Below, piece by piece: positions 37,978 to 47,428 of a stretch of DNA of 64,000 nt. A program made the translations under genes and the position numbers. The stretch's first letter is position 1, and every line of letters starts with the position of its first letter. Source of the DNA: an uncultured Candidatus Saccharibacteria bacterium (GTDB lineage: Bacteria; Patescibacteriota; Minisyncoccia; Phycocordibacterales; Zambryskibacteraceae); contig CAZXQA010000001.1 in NCBI GenBank assembly GCA_964642835.1, positions 202,831 through 266,830 of the forward strand, given 5' to 3'. The notes below the pieces were generated by a model. That model saw only the letters and a program-made list of their open reading frames with translations, had not been told where the DNA came from and did no database searches.

Positions 37978-39577
37978 TCTCCTCACTCGAGACCAGGCGA
38001 CGCGTGAGACATACTCGACCGACGCGAGCCTCTTTAAGGTAGAGCCAGAAGCTGTAGCTTTCCCCAAGGACGCCGAGGAGTTAAAGCAGCTTGTGGCCTA
38101 CGCGAAGAAGCACCAGACCTCTCTTACCATGCGCGCGGCTGGGACCGACATGAGTGGCGGCCCATTGAATACGGGGATCATCGCTGACACGACGCGGTTC
38201 ATGAACAGAATCGGAGAGATTACCCCTGTGGACAAAGGATTATCCTCTGTAACGGTAGAGCCGGGCGTCTTCTACCGGGATCTCGAGAAGAAGACGCGTG
38301 CCCACGGGCTCCTCTTGCCGTGCTACCCGGCGTCCAAGGATCTCGCCGCTCTGGGAGGGATGGTAGGGAACAACTGCGGTGGGGAATTGTCGCTTCGCTA
38401 CGGGAAGATGGAGAACTTCGTCATTGAGTCGAAATATATTTTCTCCGACGGGAACGAATACGTCGTGAAGCCTCTCACGGGGAGCGAACTCGATGCCAAA
38501 ATGGCCGAGAATACCTTCGAAGGTCGCCTCTACGCTTCGCTCGTCTCTCTCATTTGGCATCACAAAGACATTATCAAGGCCGCGAAGCCCAAGGTGGCCA
38601 AGAACTCAGCCGGCTACTTCCTCTGGAACGCCTGGGATGGTCGGACCTTCGATTTAAATAAAATCCTGACCGGCGCCCAAGGCACGCTCGGTCTCATGAC
38701 GGAAGCCACCCTGCGACTCGTGCCCGAGAAAACGCATCACGACCTCATCGCTGTCTTTCTCTCCTCCTGGGATGAGTTGCCGAAGGTAGTGAACGCCATT
38801 CTTCCGCACGAGCCGGAGAGTCTGGAGACCTTTGATAAAGAAACGATCAAACTCGGTCTGCGCTTCTTCCCTGAGATCGCGCGGAAAGCCCATACCAACA
38901 TCTTCTCCTTCCTCTTCAAATTCTTGCCGGAAGCTCTCGTGGGTCTCCGGATGGGTGGTCTTCCAGAAATTATTATCTTAATTGAGATTGCCGAAACTAC
39001 TCCTCAAGAAGTCGATAGTAAACGCGAAGCCCTCCTCAAAACTTTGAAAGAGTTGGACGTGCTCCATCGCGCGATCACGAAAGACAGCGAGGAAGAGAAG
39101 TTCTGGATCGTGCGCCGAGAATCCTTCAACCTCTTGCGTCATCATGCGAGTGGGAAGCGAACAGTGCCGCTTATCGACGACTTCTGCATTCCGCCCGAAC
39201 GTGTGCCGGAAGCCCTGCCGGAGATGAAAGCTCTTCTCGAGAAATTTGATATCCCCGTGAACATTGCCGGTCACGCCGGAGAAGGGAACTTCCACATTAT
39301 TCCGCTCATGGACCTCACGCTCGCGAGTGAACGCGAGAAGCTTCTGCCTGTGGCGCATGCGTTTTATGACCTCGTCGCGAAGTACAAGGGCACGACGACA
39401 GGGGAGCACAACGACGGCATCGTCCGCACCCCCTTCCTTTCCAAAATATATTCCCCGGAGGTGCTCGATCTCTTTACCCAGGTGAAGAATATCTGCGACC
39501 CCGAGAACATCTTTAACCCCGGCAAGAAGATTGGAGGCTCTTTCGCAGACTTCGAGAGATACTTGACAAATAGGTAG
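37967..39577 (+). CDS. FAD-linked oxidase (GlcD/D-lactate dehydrogenase-like, PCMH-type FAD-binding)
   Basis: N-terminal FAD-binding domain (RAAGTDMSGGPL...), C-terminal FAD-oxidase domain. Confidence 0.8.
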   Translation: MDSNLLTRDQATRETYSTDASLFKVEPEAVAFPKDAEELKQLVAYAKKHQTSLTMRAAGTDMSGGPLNTGIIADTTRFMNRIGEITPVDKGLSSVTVEPGVFYRDLEKKTRAHGLLLPCYPASKDLAALGGMVGNNCGGELSLRYGKMENFVIESKYIFSDGNEYVVKPLTGSELDAKMAENTFEGRLYASLVSLIWHHKDIIKAAKPKVAKNSAGYFLWNAWDGRTFDLNKILTGAQGTLGLMTEATLRLVPEKTHHDLIAVFLSSWDELPKVVNAILPHEPESLETFDKETIKLGLRFFPEIARKAHTNIFSFLFKFLPEALVGLRMGGLPEIIILIEIAETTPQEVDSKREALLKTLKELDVLHRAITKDSEEEKFWIVRRESFNLLRHHASGKRTVPLIDDFCIPPERVPEALPEMKALLEKFDIPVNIAGHAGEGNFHIIPLMDLTLASEREKLLPVAHAFYDLVAKYKGTTTGEHNDGIVRTPFLSKIYSPEVLDLFTQVKNICDPENIFNPGKKIGGSFADFERYLTNR

Positions 39578-39648
39578 TAGTGTGCTAAGGTAGAAAATAG
39601 GAACGTGGAACCCCGCCTCACGGCAGGCTTCCTCCACGCGGAGACTAT

Positions 39649-39900
39649 ATGAACAAGAACGCCAAGAAGGCGCGCCTGAAGGCCCACAAGCTCCTCGCGA
39701 AGAACCGCAAGGCAACCATCCGCGGCGAGCAGATCGCCGCCACGCTGAAGCACATTCAGAAGCGCCGCGAGAAGGGCGTGCGGTACACCATCCACAACCA
39801 CAAGCGCGTCCTCATCAACGACCTCGAGCGCGAACTCCTCGAGAAGCTCGTGAAGGGAAGCAGCAAGATCGTGCGTCGACTCAAGCAGATCGCCGCCTAG
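39649..39900 (+). CDS. small highly basic hypothetical protein
   Basis: 83 aa, Lys/Arg-rich; GGAGA RBS 6 nt upstream; no family motif. Confidence 0.4.
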   Translation: MNKNAKKARLKAHKLLAKNRKATIRGEQIAATLKHIQKRREKGVRYTIHNHKRVLINDLERELLEKLVKGSSKIVRRLKQIAA

Positions 39901-39986
39901 GTTCACACCATGAAGATCATCGTGTGGAGCTAGTAGAAGGGCCCGGAGCAATCTGGGCCCTTTTCTTTTGTCTAAAACCTGCTAAA

Positions 39987-40649
39987 ATGATCCCCATGCT
40001 TACCTTACAGGCAGATATTCGGGATACGAAGACCAATACATCAGAACTCAGAAAAGCGGGATACATCCCCGCCGTCTTTTACGGTAAGAAGGAAGCATCG
40101 ACGCCTATTAGCCTCAAGCAGACCGACTTCGTGAAGGTCTGGAAAGAAGCTGGTGAATCCTCCGTCGTCACCCTCAATACTCCTCAAGGTCCTAAGGACA
40201 GTCTTATCCACGATGTCGTGCTCGACCCCGTAAGCGGCACTCCAACCCACGCTGACTTCTACGTTTTCGAAGTTGGTCACAAGGTAGAAGTGTCTCTCCC
40301 GGTCGAATTCGTCGGTGTCTCTGGCGCGGTCAAGGACCTCGGCGGCACCCTCATGAAGGTTCTCCACGAACTCGCGGTTGAAGCCATGCCAAAGGACCTC
40401 CCACACAATATTTCCGTTGATATTTCCTCTCTTGCTGCTTTCGGCGATCAAATTGCCGCCAAAGATATTCCGCTCCCGAAGGGTGTTGAGCTCAAGGCCA
40501 ACCCTGACGAAGTTGTTGTCACCGTTTCCGCTCCTCGTGAAGAGAAGGAAGAGGAAGCTGCTCCGGTTGATCTCTCTGCCATCGAAGTTGAGAAGAAGGG
40601 TAAGGATGAGCCTGCTGAAGGCGAAGCCGCTCCTGCTGAAGCTAAGTAA
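39987..40649 (+). CDS. rplY: 50S ribosomal protein L25 / general stress protein Ctc
   Basis: LTLQADIRDTKT...RKAGYIPAVFYGK N-terminus, acidic Ala/Glu/Pro-rich tail. Confidence 0.85.
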   Translation: MIPMLTLQADIRDTKTNTSELRKAGYIPAVFYGKKEASTPISLKQTDFVKVWKEAGESSVVTLNTPQGPKDSLIHDVVLDPVSGTPTHADFYVFEVGHKVEVSLPVEFVGVSGAVKDLGGTLMKVLHELAVEAMPKDLPHNISVDISSLAAFGDQIAAKDIPLPKGVELKANPDEVVVTVSAPREEKEEEAAPVDLSAIEVEKKGKDEPAEGEAAPAEAK

Positions 40650-40667
40650 ACAGTCTCTCTGTTTACC

Positions 40668-42044
40668 GTGCCTGTGCGCCTCCATATGAAAAAACTGCTC
40701 TTAATTTTGTTAATGTGTTCTCTCGGCGTCTCTCCTATGGTCGTGGTGGCTCAGACCGCTTGCACCGGAGTGACCGCTGGCAAAACGCGCCCTCAACTTG
40801 AGGCTGAACAGGCTGTCTGCGAACAGGAAGCCGCTGAAGCCGCCAAGATGAAGGCCTCCCTCGACCAGCAGAGTGCCTCATACGCGAACGACGTGAAGGC
40901 TCTCACCGCGAAGATCAACGCGGCCCAGGCCAATATCAAGGCGAAGAACATCGCCATTTCCAATCTCGCGAGTGACATCAAGGAGAAGGAGGCGACTATC
41001 GGCGTGTTGAACACCCGGATCGAGAAGGGGAAGCGCGCCATCGCCGAAATTTTAAGAAAAACGAACGACATTAACTCCTACTCCCTTGTCGAGGCACTCC
41101 TCTCCGACAAAGACCTCTCGGAATTCTTCGTCGACATCGACACCTACGCCTCAACGGAGGAAGCGCTCGAGAACCTCTTTGCCGACCTCCGCGATACCCG
41201 CGCTTTGACGGAAGCGCAGAAAGCCGAACTCAATAAGAAAAAGGAGGCTGAAGCCGCCGCCCGTGCCACCATCGAAGCCGCCAAGAAAGAGGTTGAGAAA
41301 GCCAACAACGAGAAGAAGGACCTTCTGGCCGTGACGCAAAGTAACGCCAAGGGCTACGCTCAGCTCGTCGCTGACCGCCAAGCCAAGGCCGCCCAGATCC
41401 GCGCCATTCTCTTCCCACTCGTCGACTCCGGTGCCATTCCGTTCGGCACCGCGCTCCAATACGCGCAGACCGCGAGCGCAAAGACGGGCGTCCGCCCAGC
41501 TCTTATCCTTGGTATTCTCCAGCAAGAATCGAACCTCGGCGCGAACGTCGGTCGCTGTGTCATTACCGACCTCTCGACGGGTCAGACCAAGAACCCGACC
41601 ACTGGCGTCGTCTTCTCAAATGGTATCCATCCGACTCGTGACCTCCCTCTTCTCCAGAGCATTTTGAAGAATCTCGGCCGAGATCCACTCTCAACCAAGG
41701 TGTCCTGCCCAGTGGCCGGCGTCGCAGGCTATGGTGGCGCTATGGGACCAACCCAGTTCATCCCTTCGACTTGGAATCTGTTGGCAGGGAAGATTAAGAC
41801 CGCGACCGGCAAGGAGACTCCTGATCCGTGGAATCCGGCTGATGCCATCATGGCGGCCGCTATCCTTCTCCAAGGCAACGGCGCCGCGGCTGGTAGCGCT
41901 GATGCCGAGCGCAATGCTGCCTGCAAGTACTATTCCGGCAAAAACTGCTCCGCGGCAAGCTATATCGCTTCTTACGGCAACTCTGTCATGAGCCGCGCTT
42001 CGACCATCCAGTTGACCATGATTGACCCGTTGCAGAATTTATAA
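40668..42044 (+). CDS. secreted coiled-coil protein with C-terminal lytic transglycosylase (MltB/SLT_2-like) domain
   Basis: signal peptide, long coiled coil, GAMGPTQFIPSTW motif. Confidence 0.65.
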   Translation: MPVRLHMKKLLLILLMCSLGVSPMVVVAQTACTGVTAGKTRPQLEAEQAVCEQEAAEAAKMKASLDQQSASYANDVKALTAKINAAQANIKAKNIAISNLASDIKEKEATIGVLNTRIEKGKRAIAEILRKTNDINSYSLVEALLSDKDLSEFFVDIDTYASTEEALENLFADLRDTRALTEAQKAELNKKKEAEAAARATIEAAKKEVEKANNEKKDLLAVTQSNAKGYAQLVADRQAKAAQIRAILFPLVDSGAIPFGTALQYAQTASAKTGVRPALILGILQQESNLGANVGRCVITDLSTGQTKNPTTGVVFSNGIHPTRDLPLLQSILKNLGRDPLSTKVSCPVAGVAGYGGAMGPTQFIPSTWNLLAGKIKTATGKETPDPWNPADAIMAAAILLQGNGAAAGSADAERNAACKYYSGKNCSAASYIASYGNSVMSRASTIQLTMIDPLQNL

Positions 42045-42066
42045 TCTCTGGTATATTTGACGAGCA

Positions 42067-42324
42067 ATGAAAAAGGAAATTCACCCGGCTAACTACCGCC
42101 CTGTGCTCTTCATCGACAACTCCGACGGCACGGAGTTTATTATCCCGTCCACGGTTAAGACCGAGGAAACTTTGAAGTCGAAGACCGACGGCAAGGATTA
42201 CCCGGTTTTCCGCCTCGAAATCTCCTCCGCCACTCATCCTTTCTACACTGGTCAGGAAAAGACTCTCGACTCTGCCGGCCGCGTTGAACGCTTCAAGCAG
42301 AAGCAGGCTAAAGCAAAGAAGTAA
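42067..42324 (+). CDS. rpmE: 50S ribosomal protein L31, type B (no zinc ribbon)
   Basis: MKKEIHP...HPFYTG...GRVERF without CxxC pairs. Confidence 0.9.
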   Translation: MKKEIHPANYRPVLFIDNSDGTEFIIPSTVKTEETLKSKTDGKDYPVFRLEISSATHPFYTGQEKTLDSAGRVERFKQKQAKAKK

Positions 42325-42404
42325 CGAGCTTACAGCTGACTGCTGGTAGCTTACAGGTTTGTTCCTAGTTCCCGCTACAAGCTATAAGCTGTAAACTGTA
42401 AGCT

Positions 42405-43385
42405 ATGAATCCCGATCTCGAAAAGTATAAGTCGAATCCTCGCACCGCTTATCTCGCGGATTCTTTCGCCCGTCTTCTCAAGGAAGAAGAGGAGTTAAAG
42501 GTTCTCGCCACCGATCCCGAGATGGCCGCTCTCTCGGAAGAAGAGATGAAGAATATCGAAGCGCAAAAGGAAGCACTCATGAAGGAAATTGAGGACATCG
42601 TCGCCGCCGAAGAAAAGGAGGACGAATTCCCGAACGAACTTATTTTAGAAATCCGCGCCGGTGCCGGGGGAGACGAAGCCGCTCTCTTTGCCCACGAGCT
42701 GGCCGAAATGTACAAGGCCTATGCCGCCACTCAGGGTTGGTCCTTCACTCTTCTCGCGAGCTCCGAGAACTCGATCGGCGGCTACAAGGAAGCCTCGTTT
42801 GAAATCCGCGGTCTCAACTGCTACAAGCGTCTCCGCTACGAAACGGGCGTCCAGCGCGTCCAGCGCGTCCCTGAGACCGAGAAGATGGGTCGTGTTCACA
42901 CTTCCACCGTAACAGTGGCTATCCTCCCGGTAAGAAAGAAGCTCAACATCGAGATCCGCCCTCAAGACTTGGAGATCACCACCTTCCGCTCCGGCGGCGC
43001 GGGCGGTCAGAACGTAAACAAGGTGGAAACAGCCGTCCGTATCGTCCACACCCCAACTGGGCTCGAAGTAAAGTGCACTTCAGAAAGAAGCCAGCTCAAG
43101 AACAAGGAGAAGGCCATGAGCATCCTCGCCGCCAAACTCGAGCAGCTTCGAGAGGAGGAGGAAGCGAAGAAAGTGGGTGCCGAGCGTAAAGCACAGGTCG
43201 GAACAGGCGATCGCTCAGAAAAGATCCGCACCTACAACTTCCCTCAGAACCGCATCACCGATCACCGCGTGAAGGTCTCCGTCCACGACATGGAAGGCTT
43301 CATGGCGGGCAATATTGATAAGATTTTGGACGCGCTCGAGAACCCTGAGGCTCACGCTGGTGACGCTGCCGATGACGAAGATTAA
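42405..43385 (+). CDS. prfA: peptide chain release factor 1
   Basis: GGQ motif [13 protein letters not shown]; PET tripeptide (RF1-type PxT). Confidence 0.9.
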   Translation: MNPDLEKYKSNPRTAYLADSFARLLKEEEELKVLATDPEMAALSEEEMKNIEAQKEALMKEIEDIVAAEEKEDEFPNELILEIRAGAGGDEAALFAHELAEMYKAYAATQGWSFTLLASSENSIGGYKEASFEIRGLNCYKRLRYETGVQRVQRVPETEKMGRVHTSTVTVAILPVRKKLNIEIRPQDLEITTFRSGGAGGQNVNKVETAVRIVHTPTGLEVKCTSERSQLKNKEKAMSILAAKLEQLREEEEAKKVGAERKAQVGTGDRSEKIRTYNFPQNRITDHRVKVSVHDMEGFMAGNIDKILDALENPEAHAGDAADDED

Positions 43386-44028
43386 GAGTGAAGAACCGGA
43401 AGCCTACCGCCTCGGCTGGATTCCTTTTATACACACGCATATTTGGCTCGATTCAAAGCCGCTCATCCCACGACCAGAAACTGAATACTGGGCACATGAA
43501 CTTATCTGCAAGTTCCAAGCTCTAAGCTCTACACCTCTTAAGGTTCTTGATCTTTGCGCCGGCTCGGGAGCGATTGGCGTCGCTCTCGCGCAGGAAATTC
43601 CAACGGCTACAGTCGACTTCGTGGAACTCGATGAGAAGCATCACGAAACGATCCGGAAAAATATCAAAGAAAACGGTATTGAAGAGAACCGAATAAGGAT
43701 TTTTGGAGGAGATTTGTTCGAACAGGTGCAAGATTCCTACGATGTAATCTTCTCAAACCCACCCTACATCGATATGAACTTGGGTAGGGTAGAGGACTCT
43801 GTGCTCGACCATGAGCCTCACCTCGCTCTCGATGGCGGTATGCATGGCACGGCCATCATCGCGCGCATTCTGGCTGCCGCACCATCGCATCTCAAACCTC
43901 GCGGCGCTCTTTGGTTGGAACACGAGCCTGAACAGGTTGAGTGGCTTTCGATACAGGCAGGCTATACGGCTTCTTACCCCGATCAATACGGTGTCTTGCG
44001 CTACTCCATCTTTGCCGCTTTTCCCTAA
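43372..44028 (+). CDS. prmC: release factor glutamine methyltransferase PrmC/HemK (short form)
   Basis: SAM motif [14 protein letters not shown] motif; start overlaps prfA 3' end. Confidence 0.75.
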   Translation: MTKIKSEEPEAYRLGWIPFIHTHIWLDSKPLIPRPETEYWAHELICKFQALSSTPLKVLDLCAGSGAIGVALAQEIPTATVDFVELDEKHHETIRKNIKENGIEENRIRIFGGDLFEQVQDSYDVIFSNPPYIDMNLGRVEDSVLDHEPHLALDGGMHGTAIIARILAAAPSHLKPRGALWLEHEPEQVEWLSIQAGYTASYPDQYGVLRYSIFAAFP

Positions 44029-44048
44029 ATCACCCCCTCCCTCTCCCG

Positions 44049-44082
44049 TATCCCCAGTTTTTGCAAAGGTCTAACCTCTGCA
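44049..44082 (+). repeat. intergenic repeat copy 1: TATCCCCAGTTTTTG + degenerate palindrome TGCAAAGGTCTAACCTCTGCA
   Basis: 15/15 identity to 50711-50725; palindrome related to 50358-50378 and 50737-50757. Confidence 0.55.
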
Positions 44083-44090
44083 TGATGTGC

Positions 44091-44119
44091 TTGACAATAT
44101 ATTGTATATATGATAAGTT
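44091..44119 (+). promoter_or_regulatory. sigma70-like promoter with no ORF downstream
   Basis: TTGACA (44091-44096), 17-nt spacer, extended -10 TGATAAGTT. Confidence 0.4.
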
Positions 44120-44125
44120 AAGAGC

Positions 44126-44505
44126 AGATAGGGTACGGCCTGGTTTAAGGGGAGGGGAAATTCCCAGGGGAAGGCAATTACATCACAGACCTCACATAAA
44201 GGCCTCACACGACCGGAACAACGGGAGAGCACGCGCATTTAAGCGACCTGCATACTACCCAACCGGCACGAGGCCACTGCTCAGAAGAGCAAGAGGCAGT
44301 GATTGCGCCAGCCACTGTTCGGACAAATCACCTTTCCACCCAGACCGTACCCCATAGCGCATCCAACAGGGCTGCATGCAGCCCGAACAGGAGAGTTATG
44401 GCGAAGAAGACCGAAGACCGAGTTGCGGCGTAGATCCGCAACCGGCTGGGGGTGGCACGAAGCCACCCCGTCGATAGGGCCGCCCAACACACCGGGCGGC
44501 CCTTT
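44126..44505 (+). ncRNA. candidate long structured noncoding RNA of unknown class between prmC and rpsB
   Basis: about 390 nt with no ORF over 60 aa in sensible context, many local hairpins (e.g. GGGGTGG-CACGAAG-CCACCCC), ends in GGGCCGCCC-AACACACC-GGGCGGCCC hairpin plus TTTT. Confidence 0.3.
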
Positions 44506-44648
44506 TCCTTGTCTAAACAGGACTTTCCTGCTATAGTTCTCTAGCTTTTAAGGCTTCGGTCGGCCTTTATCAATAACCAAAAGCACAAGGTCCCTGACCC
44601 GGATCTGTCCGCCTCGTGAGAGAGGCGCGATAGCAAAACCACTCACAC

Positions 44649-45374
44649 ATGAAAAAAGATTCTAAAGGTGTCATTGATTCGTTGTTTGCCGCTGGCGCGC
44701 ACTTCGGCTTCGTCAAAAGCCGCCGTCACCCGTCTGCCAAGCCGTTCATTTTCGGTGCTAAGAACAAGGTAGAAATCTTCGACCTTGAGAAGACCTCCGT
44801 GGAACTCGCGAAGGCTCTTGAGTTTGTCGAAGGTAAGGGCAAGGAAGGCGGTCTCATTCTCTTTGTTGGCGGTAAGTCTGAAGCTCGCGAGGCGGTCGTA
44901 AAGGCCGGCACCGAGCTCTCCATGCCGTACGTCGCCGGTCGCTGGATCGGAGGCACCCTCACCAACTTCCCAGAGATTAAGAAGCGCATTGCCAAACTTG
45001 AAGAACTTACCACTCAGCGCGAAAAGGGTGAACTCGGTAAGTACACCAAGAAGGAACGCCTCCTCATCGACCGCGAGATCGACAACCTCACCACATACTT
45101 CGGCGGTCTTTCGACTTTGAAGATGCTCCCGAAGATCCTCGTCATCATTGACCCTAAGAAGGAGCACATCGCTGTTTCCGAAGCTCGTCGCATGAAGATC
45201 CCGGTTGTTGCCCTCTGCGGTTCTGACACCGACCTCCACCAGATTGACCGCGCCATCCCAGGCAACGACTCCTCTCGCCAGACTATTTCCTACGTCTTGA
45301 GTGAAGTAGTCTCCGCCTTCAAAGCTGGCCAAGCTCTCGCTACCGAGGCTGCCACCACTCCGGCCGCTCAGTAA
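44649..45374 (+). CDS. rpsB: 30S ribosomal protein S2
   Basis: canonical S2 sequence (HFGF..., ILFVGGK...). Confidence 0.95.
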   Translation: MKKDSKGVIDSLFAAGAHFGFVKSRRHPSAKPFIFGAKNKVEIFDLEKTSVELAKALEFVEGKGKEGGLILFVGGKSEAREAVVKAGTELSMPYVAGRWIGGTLTNFPEIKKRIAKLEELTTQREKGELGKYTKKERLLIDREIDNLTTYFGGLSTLKMLPKILVIIDPKKEHIAVSEARRMKIPVVALCGSDTDLHQIDRAIPGNDSSRQTISYVLSEVVSAFKAGQALATEAATTPAAQ

Positions 45375-45464
45375 CCTCTCGCTCTCGTTTCTTTTCTCAG
45401 TTTGTTTTTCTGGGAAGTAATGTAAAATTGATAACTGAATAATCAACCTTAATTCATCCGTACC

Positions 45465-45917
45465 ATGATCAGCACCGACCAAATTAAAGAGCTCCGTGAC
45501 GCTACCGGCCTCTCTCTGCAGCAGATCCGCGTCGCCCTCGAAGAAGCAGGGGGAGATAAGGAGAAGGCGCTCGCCATCCTTAAAGAGAAGAGTGGGGAAA
45601 TTGCTGCGAAGAAAAGTGATCGCACCTTGGGCTCAGGTTACATTGGCTCCTACGTTCATTCCAACGGCACAGTAGGCGCCATGGTGGAACTCCTCTGCGA
45701 GACCGACTTCGTAGCCAAGAATCCTGAATTCCAAGCCGCCGCCAAGGACATGGCCATGCACATCGCCGCCATGAACCCTCTCGACCAGGGCGAACTCCTC
45801 GAGCAAGCCTTCATCAAGGGCTCCGGTGGAACGATTGGGGAAATGGTCAACGGCCTCATCCAGAAGTTCGGTGAGCGCACGGAGATCGGTAAGTTCACTC
45901 GCTTCTCACTTAATTAA
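45465..45917 (+). CDS. tsf: elongation factor Ts (short form)
   Basis: N-terminal UBA-like IKELRDATG...; LLCETDFVAKN core motif. Confidence 0.85.
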   Translation: MISTDQIKELRDATGLSLQQIRVALEEAGGDKEKALAILKEKSGEIAAKKSDRTLGSGYIGSYVHSNGTVGAMVELLCETDFVAKNPEFQAAAKDMAMHIAAMNPLDQGELLEQAFIKGSGGTIGEMVNGLIQKFGERTEIGKFTRFSLN

Positions 45918-46610
45918 ATGCCAACGCTTATCATCTTCATTCTCTCCGGGGTTGCTCTCATGAGCCTCACTCTGGCCAAGAGAGTGGAAATGAAGAGCAA
46001 GCGGCCCTCCTTCCTCTTGAAGCTTGTTTCTAAGGGCGACGAACACGCTCGCGTAGCGTATCACGAGGCGCTTCACTTCTACTCTGAAGGCAAACACCGG
46101 GCCGCCTTCTTCGTGAAGAAGCAACTCCCACTTAAGGCCAAGAGCTACGTGAATAAGGGTGTCTCGTACGTAAAGGCGAAAGGCGAGGAGCGTTTCGGCA
46201 ATATGCGGAACTCTCGCCTTATCAAGCGCGATGGCGGGATCAGTGAATTCTTCAAAACTATTTCCGAAATGGAAAAGGGTGCTGGAGAAATAAACGAATC
46301 TCTCCACGCCACACCCGTGGTCGAAGTGGCGGCTCCAGAAGTAATGGGGGCGAAAGAAGGAGCAGTGGTAGAAACAATCACACCTCTCGAGTCTCCGAAA
46401 GCCAAGAAATCTCGCGCTCCTCGCAAGAAGAAAGTGGAAGTGGTCTTCACCGAAGACGTCACGGAAGTAGTGCCCGAGGTCACTATTGTCCCGGAACCTG
46501 AGGCTACCCCTGTACTCCCCGTTATCGAGGCCGTGCCCACGCAGCCTCACAACTTTAAACCAATCCAGCCCCGCAAGCGTCGCTTGAAAGTAGTAGAGTT
46601 GGGAGAGTAG
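45918..46610 (+). CDS. hypothetical membrane-anchored protein (occupies the position usually held by pyrH/frr)
   Basis: N-terminal TM; Lys-rich; Pro/Glu/Val-rich C-terminus. Confidence 0.45.
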   Translation: MPTLIIFILSGVALMSLTLAKRVEMKSKRPSFLLKLVSKGDEHARVAYHEALHFYSEGKHRAAFFVKKQLPLKAKSYVNKGVSYVKAKGEERFGNMRNSRLIKRDGGISEFFKTISEMEKGAGEINESLHATPVVEVAAPEVMGAKEGAVVETITPLESPKAKKSRAPRKKKVEVVFTEDVTEVVPEVTIVPEPEATPVLPVIEAVPTQPHNFKPIQPRKRRLKVVELGE

Positions 46611-46628
46611 AATCCAGTGCGCGTATAC

Positions 46629-46701
46629 GCCGCCTTAGCTCAGTTGGTAGAGCAACGCTTTTGTAAAGCGAAGGTCCCCAGTTCGAATCTGGGAGGCGGC
46701 T
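46629..46701 (+). tRNA. tRNA-Thr (anticodon TGT), CCA not encoded
   Basis: acceptor GCCGCCT/AGGCGGC, D-arm GCTC-AGTTGGTA-GAGC, anticodon loop TTTGTAA, T-arm CCCAG-TTCGAAT-CTGGG; one A-A mismatch at top of anticodon stem. Confidence 0.8.
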
Positions 46702-46726
46702 CTCGTTTGTTTAAAGGTATCGAAGA

Positions 46727-47407
46727 TTATCTTACCTGCACTGTACTCGTCGCGGCTTTCTGCATCTTCAATGTTTTAAGTGCTGGGATCTGAGCTTCAA
46801 GCTCCTCAATAGAGTGGAAACCATAATACGGTGTTCCATTCACAATAATTGCCGGCACCTGAGAATTAACCTTGTAGATCGAGATAAGAGTCTGAACGGC
46901 ACCGAGGTCGTAGTTGTAGTCGAAGGAATAGACGCGGAGATCAGGATACGTATCGCGAAGAGTGGTGAGTACATAACCCATCTTCTCGCAATCCTCGCAT
47001 TTGTCGCGAGTCGAGTAGAAGTAGAGGATGAAGGTCGGCTTAATGTTGCACTTCTCGGTCAAGCGCTTCATGAGAAGGTAATCCTTGATCTCGAGGAGAA
47101 AGTAGGAGCGCTTGAGACTCTCAACGTCTTGGCTATCAAACCCGCCCTGGTTCTCGGCGTAAGAGAGCTTCTCACCCAAAGGACCGAGTTCCTTCGAGAG
47201 GAAACCGGGCCCAATATCCTTGCAGGAAGTCTCAGCGAGGAGAGCGAACTGCGTTTCTGAGGAAAGGATGTCGAGCGACACGCGGTTCTCGATATCGCGG
47301 ACGTTCTCGACCTTCTTGTCGGTGAGCTTTGTGCTCACAAAGATTGCCGTACCGAAGATAAGAGCGGTGATGAGGAACGCGTAGATATATTTCTTCGAAT
47401 CGATCAT
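46727..47407 (-). CDS. membrane-anchored thioredoxin-fold protein with CxxC (CEDC) motif
   Basis: N-terminal TM; CEDCEKMG redox-like motif; co-directional and 22 nt downstream of GT2 gene. Confidence 0.5.
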   Translation of the reverse strand: MIDSKKYIYAFLITALIFGTAIFVSTKLTDKKVENVRDIENRVSLDILSSETQFALLAETSCKDIGPGFLSKELGPLGEKLSYAENQGGFDSQDVESLKRSYFLLEIKDYLLMKRLTEKCNIKPTFILYFYSTRDKCEDCEKMGYVLTTLRDTYPDLRVYSFDYNYDLGAVQTLISIYKVNSQVPAIIVNGTPYYGFHSIEELEAQIPALKTLKMQKAATSTVQVR

Positions 47408-47428
47408 GTGAATAGAAAAAGGATTAAG

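Noticed and set aside
38978-39951. 245-aa and 195-aa minus-strand ORFs
   Set aside because: They are antisense to the FAD-linked oxidase and the small basic protein region, and both are shadow ORFs.
42405-43385. Programmed +1 frameshift in the release factor gene
   Set aside because: The protein has the RF1-type PxT motif and a single uninterrupted frame. The frameshift is an RF2 feature and is not applicable here.
44126-44505. Identification as tmRNA (tag-like ...RVAA-stop mini-frame; TCGACGGGG on the minus strand) or RNase P RNA
   Set aside because: No tRNA-like acceptor, T-arm or CCA end could be built on either strand. The RNase P P4 motif GGAAAGUCCGG is not seen.
44643-45482. 279-aa minus-strand ORF
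   Set aside because: It is antisense to rpsB.
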